From Candidatus Parcubacteria bacterium (lineage in GTDB: Bacteria; Patescibacteriota; Minisyncoccia; UBA6257; HR35), in the NCBI GenBank assembly GCA_025999335.1, contig AP024681.1:3414-67413 (forward strand): 64,000 nucleotides of DNA, in the 5' to 3' direction. Position 1 is the stretch's first letter, and every line of letters starts with the position of its first letter. Below the pieces are notes generated by a model. The model ran no database searches and was not told the DNA's origin. It was given only the letters and a program-made list of their open reading frames with translations. The translations under genes and the position numbers were made by a program. Positions 1-8,657 of this stretch are shown here, piece after piece.

Positions 1-1
1 T

Positions 2-769
2 CAAGCTATAAACATATTTGAAGAACTTCTTAAAGCGGTTAAAAATGAAGTGACAACAAAAGAACAAAGAGTAGCTGAATTTTTATTGTTGCTTATTTAC
101 GCAAATATAAAAGCTTTTATAAAATTATGTGAGTCAGATTTTCAATTTAAAGATGCGGTATCTATTTTACATTTCAGACCAATCTTAGAGTGCTGGGGGA
201 ACTGTTATTATATATTCAATTCTCAAGAAAAAGATATCCGTTTAAAATTATTCACCAATTACGAAATAATAAAACTCTATAAATTAATTAAAAAATATAA
301 TCTTCTAAACGAACCCAAATGGCAGGAAATCAAAATAAAATATGAAACATTACGACCATTTTATGAAGAATTAGATGAAAATCCTTACTATAATGATATT
401 AAAGAATATGTTTACAAAAAAGGAAAAAAATGGATAAATAAAAATTTTCAAGAAATTTTAAAAGACTCTGGTCTTCTTTTACAAAACTCTAATGAAGTCC
501 TTCGGGGTTTTGAGTCAATTTATTCTATTACTAGCGATTTAATTCATGGAAGCGCTTATAGTGCAAGATATTTTTTTGGAAATCAACAAACCCTGTTAAG
601 TAAATGTTCCTCATATGATTTTGGAATGGCTTATATTTTGATGGACTGTTTAAATTTAATATCGATTAAAAATATTTTTCGTATAAATGAAATGTTAAAA
701 GAAAAAATTAAAAATTTAAGACAAACTATTATCACTGCCGTGGAAAAGGAAAATAGGATTATAACATGA
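2..769 (+). CDS. hypothetical protein, 5'-partial (reading frame open to the window edge); sits immediately upstream of an hsdS remnant and hsdS
   Basis: ORF 50..769 has no in-frame stop back to nt 2; no recognisable catalytic motif; AT-rich Lys/Asn-rich composition. Confidence 0.4.
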   Translation, partial: QAINIFEELLKAVKNEVTTKEQRVAEFLLLLIYANIKAFIKLCESDFQFKDAVSILHFRPILECWGNCYYIFNSQEKDIRLKLFTNYEIIKLYKLIKKYNLLNEPKWQEIKIKYETLRPFYEELDENPYYNDIKEYVYKKGKKWINKNFQEILKDSGLLLQNSNEVLRGFESIYSITSDLIHGSAYSARYFFGNQQTLLSKCSSYDFGMAYILMDCLNLISIKNIFRINEMLKEKIKNLRQTIITAVEKENRIIT

Positions 770-849
770 ATTTTTCCATCATTAAAAAATCACAATTTGA
801 AGAAGCTTTGATGTCGGATGTTGAGTTTTATCAATTATTAGATTTGTGA
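766..849 (+). pseudogene. 28-codon remnant duplicating the 5' end of hsdS (MNFSIIKKSQ...)
   Basis: First 30 nt (atgaatttttccatcattaaaaaatcacaa) identical to the hsdS start at 1594, then ~70% identity for ~45 more nt; terminates after 27 aa; ATG overlaps the stop of the upstream ORF (ATGA). Confidence 0.4.
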
Positions 850-894
850 AAAAACAAAGATTTATTTAGGAAGTTATAAACAGATCAATTTAAT

Positions 895-1587
895 ATGCAA
901 AAATACAAAATTTTCACAAAAGATCCAATAAAATCTATCGAAAGTATTATTTTACACAATGTTGCTTCTCTGTTACCGACGGAGATTATACGTAGTAATC
1001 CTATTCCGTTAATTGTCTACAAGGGACTAGATTTGCTAAGAAAAAAAGGCGAAGAGGGTAAAGAGCTTTACGAGTTGTTTCACGGATGTATTTTGGCATG
1101 TTTTTTAAATGAAATTGAACCTGACTTTCAACACTATGTTTGTTATCCAGAAGATCAAAGTTATGATTTTTTAATTCTTAAATGCCATAAAAATCAAAAT
1201 ATAAGTATTAACATTTCACCTGACACAGAATTATATCAAGAAGCAGCTATATTTAAAGTAGAACTAACCGAATTAGTTCAATTAGAAGATTTAGAAAAAA
1301 TTATTAACAATAAATCAAAATATACAAAAAGAATCCTTTTGATAAGCATCGCTTTTAAGGGCGAGCTGAATTTCCGAGAAGTTTTTAATAGAGCCTCTAT
1401 GGCGAATAAAAATAATTTTGAAACTATTTGGTTAATAGGACAAATTAACCATCCGCAGGATGCAAGTAGACTATGTTACTTTGTGGCTGAATTAGTGAAG
1501 CATAAGAAGGTATTTCCTTTATTTGAATTATTAATTGATTGGGCGAAAATAAAAAGAGAAGCAGAAAGAACTTCCCCAATAAAATAA
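895..1587 (+). CDS. hypothetical protein (230 aa) lying between the hsdS remnant and hsdS
   Basis: Clean ORF, 6 nt upstream of hsdS; no recognisable domain. Confidence 0.4.
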   Translation: MQKYKIFTKDPIKSIESIILHNVASLLPTEIIRSNPIPLIVYKGLDLLRKKGEEGKELYELFHGCILACFLNEIEPDFQHYVCYPEDQSYDFLILKCHKNQNISINISPDTELYQEAAIFKVELTELVQLEDLEKIINNKSKYTKRILLISIAFKGELNFREVFNRASMANKNNFETIWLIGQINHPQDASRLCYFVAELVKHKKVFPLFELLIDWAKIKREAERTSPIK

Positions 1588-1593
1588 TACATT

Positions 1594-3022
1594 ATGAATT
1601 TTTCCATCATTAAAAAATCACAACTTGAAGGAGATTTAAGACTGGATGCGGAATATTATCAGCCGGAGTATTTGGAAGTTGAAAAGAGATTAAATTCTAT
1701 AACCACTAAAAGTATTGATGAAATATCAAAATCAGTGGTTAGTTTCGGGGCTTACTCCTTAACAAATTATATTGAATGGCAAGAAACAGGCATTCCTTAT
1801 TTGAATGTTGAAAATATACGAGACGGTGTAATAGATTTTGATAATGTGAAATATATTAGTAAAGAAGTTGATGAAATTTTGAAGAAATCAAGAGTGAAAG
1901 AGGGACAAGTAATTATTACCATGGCGGGAACAATTGGTGAGGCTGCGGTAGCACATAAAATTCCTCCAAGAGTTAATTCAAACCAAGCTACAGCAAAAAT
2001 AACTCTCAAAGAAGGTTTTTCGCCTTATTATCTTGCTGCTTTTTTAAATTCTTATTACGGGAGAAAACAAACTGAGCGAGAGATTGTAAGTAGCGTTCAA
2101 CCAAATATTTTTTTATGGCAAATTAAAAATTTTAAAGTACCTATAGTATCAATAGAAAAACAAAAAGAAATAGAGAACATTTATAAAAATGGGCTAGATG
2201 AGTTAGAAAGTTCAAAATCTCTCTACTCCCAAGCCGAAAATTTACTTTTGGAAGAATTAGGATTAAAAGATTTTAAACTCGAGGATGATTTATTTTATAT
2301 CGTCAATCTTTCTCAAATAAAATCTGTGCATCGCACCGACGCTGAATACTTCCAACCAAAATATGAAAAGTTGATTGAAAAGATTAAAAAAATCTCAAAA
2401 CCGTTACTTGAAGTTGTAGATAATATCCCGGCAAGATTTAATCCTCAATCTCAACAAGATAAAAATTTTAAGTATGTAGAACTGGAACATATTAATACTT
2501 CGATTGGAATAATCGATGAAGATATGGAAATTTTAGGTAAAGAAGCTCCGAGCAGAGCAAGAAGAATTTTAAAAGCCGGCGATGTTATAGTTTCAAGCGT
2601 TGAGGGTTCGTTAGAAAAAGTAGCTTTGGTTCATAAAGAACAAGAGGGATATCTTGCATCTAACGGTTTTTTTCCAATTTAGACCAAAAATTAAAGAATT
2701 TGAATATAAAGGATCTAGTAATGAACCTCCAATTATTGAAACATTTATTGATTTAAGAAACATAGTAGAAGTTTATCCAGAAGTTTTATTAGTCATTGCT
2801 AAAAGTATAGTTTTTCAAATGCAGTTGAAAAAGCATGCCGCAGGTACTATTTTAACCGCCATTCCTAAAGAAGCTTTAAATAAAATTTTAATTCCCATTT
2901 TACCGGGAGATAAACAAAATGACATTAGATATTTAGTTCAACAATCTCACGAAGCCCGTAAAAAAGCAAAAGAATTATTAGAAGAAGCAAAACAAAAAGT
3001 TGAAAAATTAATTGAAGAATAA
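1594..3022 (+). pseudogene. hsdS: Type I restriction-modification specificity subunit HsdS, interrupted by a +/-1 frameshift at a T7 homopolymer (2667-2673)
   Basis: Two TRD-like halves each beginning with the conserved motif (RLDAEYYQPEY ... RTDAEYFQPKYEKL). Central conserved spacer (PIVSIEKQKEIE). C-terminal conserved coiled-coil region (ILIPILPGDKQNDIRY...EEAKQKVEKLIEE) is in a second frame (ORF 2654..3022). Deleting one T from the T7 tract joins both frames into a ~475-aa HsdS. Confidence 0.6.
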
Positions 3023-3117
3023 TAAATTTTAAATTTTAATAACATTCTTGTTAAAAAATAACATTCCAACCTGTCTACCGTCAGGCAGGCATTCTTAAGA
3101 ATATTAGAATATTTATT

Positions 3118-3342
3118 ATGTTAATTAAAGTTAAAGTTTTTCCAAGTTCGAAAGAGGAAAAGATAGTTAAGAAGGCAGAAGATAGTTTTGAGGTTAAAGT
3201 AAAAGAAAGGGCTGAAAGAGGGTTGGCTAATATGGCGGTTATTAGGATTTTGGCTTCTTATTTTAAAATTCCGGTATCACAAGTCAGATTATTAAAAGGC
3301 GCGAAGTCAAAAAATAAAATTTTTGAAATAAAATTAAAGTAG
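3118..3342 (+). CDS. DUF167/YggU-family small protein
   Basis: 74 aa, pattern ...GLANMAVIRILASYFKIPVSQVRLLKGAKSKNKIFEI typical of the UPF0235 family. Confidence 0.5.
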   Translation: MLIKVKVFPSSKEEKIVKKAEDSFEVKVKERAERGLANMAVIRILASYFKIPVSQVRLLKGAKSKNKIFEIKLK

Positions 3343-3461
3343 TTTTAATTAAAGTCCTGTTTCTCTTTGCCAAAGTGAAATAAAAAATTAAAACCAACGA
3401 TTTACCTATAATTCAAGTGAAAGTAGAATAAAAAGTTCGTTAGTTTATAATAATAAAGATA

Positions 3462-4613
3462 ATGAAAAGATATTTTTTGACTTCGGAATCAGTTTGTCCA
3501 GGACATCCAGATAAAATTTCTGATCAGATTGCTGATGCTATTTTGGACGAAATTTTAAAACAAGATAAATATGCTCGTGTTGCTTGTGAAGTTTATACAA
3601 GTATTGGTTATATTATTGTTGGTGGAGAAATTACAACTAAAGCTTCGGTGAATATTAATCAATTAGTGAGGCAAGTAGTTAAAGAAATTGGCTATGATAA
3701 ATCTGAATATGGTTTTGATTATCATACTTTAGCTGTTCTTAATACTATTAGTGCTCAATCTCCAGACATTGCTCGAGGCGTGAGAAAAACAGGAAGTAAA
3801 AGACAAGGTGCGGGTGATCAAGGATCAGTAATAGGTTATGCTACTGATGAAACTCCGGAATTAATGCCTTTGCCGATTTTAACTGCCCATAAATTAATGA
3901 AAAGATTAGTTGAAGTAAGAGAAAAGAAAATTTTACCTTATTTAAGACCTGATGGTAAATGGCAAGTAACTTTTGAATATGAAGATGGTGTAGCAAAAAG
4001 ATTAGATAGTGTTATTATTGCTGCTCAACATGATCCTGATATTAGTTATAAAAAATTAAAGGAAGATATAATCAAAAAAGTCATTGTGCCTGTTTGCGGA
4101 AAATATCTTGATAAGAAAACAAAATTTTATATTAACAATACTGGTAGATTTGTAATTGGTGGTCCTGTAGCTGATACAGGTATGTCAGGAAGAAAAATTG
4201 TTGTTGATAGTTATGGTGTGGGAATTCCTGTTGGTGGTGGCAGTTTTTCTGGTAAAGATCCTACCAAAGTTGATAGATCTGGTGCTTATATGGCAAGGTA
4301 TATTGCTAAGAATATAGTTGCTTCTGGTTTAGCTAAAAAATGTTTAATTCGTATTTCTTATGTTATCGGTGGGGTGAAACCAACAGAAATTGGAATTGAT
4401 ACTTTTGGAACAGCAAAAGTTCCTGAAGAGAAAATATTAAAAATTATTCCTAAAGTTTTTAATTTAAATCCGGGAGGTATAATAGAACAACTAAATCTTC
4501 TAAGGCCTATTTATCAAAAAACTGCCTGCTTTGGACATTTTGGCAGAGAAGAACCAGAATTTACCTGGGAAAGAAAAGATAAAATAAAAGAAATTTTAAG
4601 TTATTTTAAATAA
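3462..4613 (+). CDS. metK: S-adenosylmethionine synthetase
   Basis: N-terminal [29 protein letters not shown] motif, length 383 aa. Confidence 0.9.
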   Translation: MKRYFLTSESVCPGHPDKISDQIADAILDEILKQDKYARVACEVYTSIGYIIVGGEITTKASVNINQLVRQVVKEIGYDKSEYGFDYHTLAVLNTISAQSPDIARGVRKTGSKRQGAGDQGSVIGYATDETPELMPLPILTAHKLMKRLVEVREKKILPYLRPDGKWQVTFEYEDGVAKRLDSVIIAAQHDPDISYKKLKEDIIKKVIVPVCGKYLDKKTKFYINNTGRFVIGGPVADTGMSGRKIVVDSYGVGIPVGGGSFSGKDPTKVDRSGAYMARYIAKNIVASGLAKKCLIRISYVIGGVKPTEIGIDTFGTAKVPEEKILKIIPKVFNLNPGGIIEQLNLLRPIYQKTACFGHFGREEPEFTWERKDKIKEILSYFK

Positions 4614-4764
4614 AATATTGCTTAACTAATAATTTTTATCATTTTTTTCATTTTTTATTTTTTTATTTTTACAAAAACAATAGAAAAAATATATTTAAGC
4701 TTGTAATTACTAATTTATTTTTTAAAAATTAAAAATCTTAAATTTATTAATTTTAAGATCAAAG

Positions 4765-6237
4765 ATGAATATTTATGAGGATGTTTTAAGAAGGTTAAGG
4801 GAAACAAGGCGGATTTTTAAGGGTAAGGAGAAAAAGTTTGATGAACTTTTTGAGGTTTTAAAGGAGCCACAAAGAATTATTAAAGTTAATTTGCCGCTAA
4901 GAAGAGATGATGGAAAGTTAAAGATTTATGAAGGTTACCGAGTTCAGCATAATAATTTTTTAGGTCCTTATAAAGGTGGAATAAGATATTATCCTGAAGT
5001 TGATGAAGATGAAGTTAAAACTTTGGCTTTACTTATGAGTTTGAAATGTGCTTTGGTTGGTTTGCCTTTGGGTGGAGGAAAGGGTGGAATTAAGGTTGAT
5101 CCGAAAAAATTGTCTGAAAAAGAGTTGGAGAGACTTTCAAGGGAGTATGTAAGAAAAGTTTATGATTTTATTGAACCAGAAAAAGATGTGCCGGCTCCTG
5201 ATGTTAATACGAATGCTAAAATTATGGATTGGATGGTTGATGAGTATCTTGAATTAGCGAAAAAAGATAAACAGAGAAGAGATTTAAAAATTAATTATTT
5301 GAAGGCAGCATTTACAGGAAAGTCAGTTGAAAATGGAGGATCAAAAGGAAGGGAAGAGGCAACTGGAAGAGGTGGAGTTGTTATTTTAGAAGAGATTGTT
5401 AAAAAGTTAAAAATTAAAAAACCTTTGAGAGTTGCTGTTCAGGGATTTGGAAATGTTGGTTATCATTTTGCTAAAGTTTTGTATGAAAGTAATAAAGAAT
5501 TGTTTAAAATTGTTGCTTTGTCAGATAGTAAAGGAGGAATTTATTCTGAAGAAGGTTTTAATCCGGAGTTAGTGATGGAGTGTAAAAGGGAAAGGGGATT
5601 AATTGCTGGTTGTTATTGTGTTGGAAGTGTTTGTGATATTCGCGGCTCGGCTCGCTCGATGCGTCAGTTTGTTGTGTCTAAAGTTTCCCTCGACTCGCCC
5701 CCCGAAGCCACACAGCCCTCGGCTTGGCATTCGCCAATCGCCTCCGCCGGAACAAGTCTCGGGAAACGCCATAGAAATCTACCTAAATCTAAACCGCGAA
5801 TATTTTACGGGGATATTACTAATGAACAATTGCTTGAGTTTGATGTGGATGTTTTGGTATTAGCGGCAATTGAGGATGTTATTCATAAAGGCAATGCTAA
5901 AAAAGTTAAAGCAAAAATTATTATTGAGATGGCAAATAGACCAATTACTAGTGAAGCTGATGAAATTTTAAATAAGAAGGGTGTTTTGATTGTTCCGGAT
6001 ATTTTGGCAAATTCTGGTGGAGTTATTGTTTCTTATTTTGAGATGGTGCAGAACATAAAAAATCAGGTTTGGCCTGAAAAGAAAGTTTTTGATAATTTGA
6101 AAAAACATTTAATTGAAGCTTTTAATGAAGTTTGGCGAATGAAAAATAAATTTAAAAACCTTGATTTAAGAACACTTGCTTATGGAGTAGCAATAAAAAG
6201 AATTTTGAGTAAATTTGATATAATTAAATTAAGATGA
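4765..6237 (+). CDS. gdhA: Glutamate dehydrogenase (Glu/Leu/Phe/Val dehydrogenase family) carrying a 56-codon in-frame insertion
   Basis: KGGIRYYPEV...LPLGGGKGG active-site region, GFGNVG NAD(P) Rossmann motif, C-terminal PDILANSGGVIVSYFE. 490 aa versus ~420-450 typical because of the GC-rich insert at 5636-5803. Confidence 0.85.
   Translation: MNIYEDVLRRLRETRRIFKGKEKKFDELFEVLKEPQRIIKVNLPLRRDDGKLKIYEGYRVQHNNFLGPYKGGIRYYPEVDEDEVKTLALLMSLKCALVGLPLGGGKGGIKVDPKKLSEKELERLSREYVRKVYDFIEPEKDVPAPDVNTNAKIMDWMVDEYLELAKKDKQRRDLKINYLKAAFTGKSVENGGSKGREEATGRGGVVILEEIVKKLKIKKPLRVAVQGFGNVGYHFAKVLYESNKELFKIVALSDSKGGIYSEEGFNPELVMECKRERGLIAGCYCVGSVCDIRGSARSMRQFVVSKVSLDSPPEATQPSAWHSPIASAGTSLGKRHRNLPKSKPRIFYGDITNEQLLEFDVDVLVLAAIEDVIHKGNAKKVKAKIIIEMANRPITSEADEILNKKGVLIVPDILANSGGVIVSYFEMVQNIKNQVWPEKKVFDNLKKHLIEAFNEVWRMKNKFKNLDLRTLAYGVAIKRILSKFDIIKLR
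5636..5803. repeat. 168-nt GC-enriched palindromic element inserted in frame in gdh; perfect 10-bp terminal inverted repeats ATATTCGCGG / CCGCGAATAT
   Basis: Local GC content far above flanking gene. 168 nt = 56 codons. Encodes CVGSVCDIRGSARSMRQFVVSKVSLDSPPEATQPSAWHSPIASAGTSLGKRHRNLPKSKPRIF between GDH segments that are contiguous in other GDHs. Confidence 0.65.
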
Positions 6238-6473
6238 AAAAGAGAAAAAAAATACAATTCGAGATAATTTTACAGCCAGAATCTGAAGGAGGATTTACGG
6301 TAATTGTTCCTGAACTTCCAGGATGTGTCACTTACGGAGAAAATTTAGAAGAGGCTTTAATTATGGCCAAAGACGCTATTAAAGGTTATTTACATAGTTT
6401 GAAAAAACATAAAGAACCAATTTTGAAAAAAGCAAGACCCTTAATTACATCTTTAGAAATTGAGTATGCCTAA
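6234..6473 (+). CDS. hicB: HicB-family antitoxin (UPF0150 / HicB N-terminal domain)
   Basis: FEIILQPESEGGFTVIVPELPGCVTYGENLEEALIMAKDAIKGYL matches the HicB-like fold signature; ATGA overlap with the gdh stop. Confidence 0.7.
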   Translation: MKKRKKIQFEIILQPESEGGFTVIVPELPGCVTYGENLEEALIMAKDAIKGYLHSLKKHKEPILKKARPLITSLEIEYA

Positions 6474-6699
6474 ACTACCGAGTATAAAAAGTGATGTACT
6501 TTTGAATTTTTTTTATTTCCAAGGATTTATTTTAGATCATATAACTGGTAGTCATTATATTCTCTATCATCCAAAAATATTTAAGAGAGCAGTTATTCCT
6601 TATAATAAAAAAGATCTACCTAAAGGGACAGTTTTAGCGATACTTAGAGAATCTGGATTTTCGAGAAAAGATTTAATAGAGTTTTTAACAAAGAAATAA
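6460..6699 (+). CDS. hicA: HicA-family mRNA interferase toxin (YcfA-like)
   Basis: GFILDHITGSHYILYHPKIFKRAVIPYNKKDLPKGTVLAILRESGF: conserved G-S-H motif and layout of HicA; 14-nt overlap with hicB. Confidence 0.7.
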   Translation: MSMPKLPSIKSDVLLNFFYFQGFILDHITGSHYILYHPKIFKRAVIPYNKKDLPKGTVLAILRESGFSRKDLIEFLTKK

Positions 6700-6737
6700 A
6701 AATAGAGAAATTAAAATTATGCTAAAATTAAATCATA

Positions 6738-7748
6738 ATGAAAATAGGATTTTTTGAAGCCGAAGGTTGGGAAAAAGAAATTTTAAACAAGGAACTTCAA
6801 GGTTTAGATATTTATTTTAGCAATGAATGGTTGACAAAAGAAAATGTTGAAAACTTTAAAGATATTGAAATTTTATCTATTTTTGTTTGTTCGCAAATAG
6901 ATAAAGAAGTAATCAATTCCTTGCCTAATTTAAAATTTATTGCTACTCGTTCTACTGGCTTTGATCATATAGATGTTAATTATTGTAAAGAAAAGGGAAT
7001 TGTTGTAAGTAATGTGCCTGAATATGGGACAAAAACTGTAACTGAATGGACTTTTGGACTGATGATAAATTTAATGAGAAAAATTTACTATGCCATTGAT
7101 CAAATTAAAGAAACAGAAAGTTTTGATTTGGGTAATTTACGCGGAGAAGAACTTTTTGGAAAAACATTAGGCGTCATCGGAACCGGCAGAATTGGGAAAG
7201 AAATTATTAAGATAGCTAAAGCTTTCGGTATGAATATTATAGCCTTTGATGTTTATCCTGACGAAAAGTTTGCTCAAGAACAAAACATTCAATATGTTTC
7301 TTTAGAAAATCTATTACAAAATGCCGATATTATTACTATTCATGTAAATCTAAATTCGTCAACTTATCATTTAATTAATAAAGAAAATGTAAAAATTATA
7401 AAACGCGGTGCTTATTTAATTAATACTGCCCGCGGTGGAATTGTTGAAACTGAAGCTCTTGTTTATGCTTTAAAAGAGGGGATTTTAAAAGGAGCAGCTT
7501 TAGATGTATTAGAAGAAGAAACTGAAATTAAAGAGGAATTAGAACTTTTAGTGAAACCAGAACTTAAAACTGAGGAAATAAAAACTCTGTGGCAAAATCA
7601 TATTTTAATGAAAATGCCCAATGTTTTAATTACTCCTCATAATGCTTTTAACTCCAAAGAAGCAGTAAGTAGAATTTTAGCAACCACAATTGACAATATA
7701 AAAGCTTTTCTTTCAGGCAATCCAATTAATACCGTTAAATCAAATTAG
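6738..7748 (+). CDS. D-isomer-specific 2-hydroxyacid dehydrogenase family protein (NAD-binding)
   Basis: GKTLGVIGTGRIGKEI Rossmann motif, catalytic-domain layout, ...ITPHNAFNSKEA C-terminal region. Confidence 0.75.
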   Translation: MKIGFFEAEGWEKEILNKELQGLDIYFSNEWLTKENVENFKDIEILSIFVCSQIDKEVINSLPNLKFIATRSTGFDHIDVNYCKEKGIVVSNVPEYGTKTVTEWTFGLMINLMRKIYYAIDQIKETESFDLGNLRGEELFGKTLGVIGTGRIGKEIIKIAKAFGMNIIAFDVYPDEKFAQEQNIQYVSLENLLQNADIITIHVNLNSSTYHLINKENVKIIKRGAYLINTARGGIVETEALVYALKEGILKGAALDVLEEETEIKEELELLVKPELKTEEIKTLWQNHILMKMPNVLITPHNAFNSKEAVSRILATTIDNIKAFLSGNPINTVKSN

Positions 7749-7827
7749 TTCAAATAATATAATATATTTAAAAATTAAGGTTGGGGGATTATTTGTGTTA
7801 TATAATTTTTAAAATATTTTTACTCTT

Positions 7828-8613
7828 TTAAATAATTAAAAAAAATAAGAATAAAAGACCAAAAACAAGACGATAATAGCCAAAAATAAGAAAATTATTT
7901 TTATTAAGATAATTAATTAGCCAATTTATTGTTAAAAGAGCAAAAACAAATGAAGTTAAAAAAGCAATTGATAAATAAAAAATATTATTAAAATTAAAAA
8001 CCAAGTTTTCAATCCCAACTTTATATAAATCATAAAAGCCTGCAGAAATAATTGTCGGGACTGCCAATAAAAATGAATAAAGAACTGAATCTTTTCTTTG
8101 AAATCTTAAAAATAACATTCCTAAAATAACTGCTCCGGCTCGAGAAACTCCAGGAATAATTGCTAATGATTGAAATATACCAATAAGTAATGCATAAATA
8201 AAAGTTAAATTATCTAAACTATATTGAAGTTGGATTATTTTTTTATTTATCAACAATTCAAAAATTATAAAAATTAATCCTCCTAAAATTAAAGTTAAAA
8301 TTATTAAAAGTTGACTTTCAAAAAAAACATTTTTAATTAATTTATAAAAAATAAGAGAAATTATCGCTGTTGGAATAAAAGAAGCTAATAATTTTGGTAT
8401 TAAGTGTTTATTATCGAGAATGAATTTAAAATAATTAAAAATAACCGCCAAAATAGCTCCTGTTTGAATAAAAATTTCCAAGAATTTATGAAATTCTGTT
8501 TGAGGTATTTTAAGCAAATTAGACACTAAAATCAAATGCGCTGTTGAAGAAATGGGTAAAAATTCAGTTATTCCCTCAATTATTCCTAATAAAAAATATT
8601 TTAACAATTCCAT
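7828..8613 (-). CDS. uppP: Undecaprenyl-diphosphatase (BacA/UppP)
   Basis: N-terminal GIIEGITEFLPISSTAHLIL signature, multi-TM, ...PGVSRAGAVILGMLF second motif. Confidence 0.85.
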   Translation of the reverse strand: MELLKYFLLGIIEGITEFLPISSTAHLILVSNLLKIPQTEFHKFLEIFIQTGAILAVIFNYFKFILDNKHLIPKLLASFIPTAIISLIFYKLIKNVFFESQLLIILTLILGGLIFIIFELLINKKIIQLQYSLDNLTFIYALLIGIFQSLAIIPGVSRAGAVILGMLFLRFQRKDSVLYSFLLAVPTIISAGFYDLYKVGIENLVFNFNNIFYLSIAFLTSFVFALLTINWLINYLNKNNFLIFGYYRLVFGLLFLFFLII

Positions 8614-8657
8614 TTAAAATTATTATTTTTTTAATTAAATCTATTATAATTTAATTA

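Noticed and set aside
3343-3461. SAM riboswitch upstream of metK
   Set aside because: No SAM-I/II consensus elements or convincing stem architecture visible in the leader
5636-5803. Mini-intein interpretation of the in-frame inserts
   Set aside because: Inserts are 30-56 aa, far below intein size, lack Cys/Ser-first and His-Asn-last residues, and are nucleotide-level palindromes
5603-5863. 86-aa + strand ORF in an alternative frame across the gdh insert
   Set aside because: Lies wholly inside gdh in another frame; arises only because the GC-rich insert lacks stop codons
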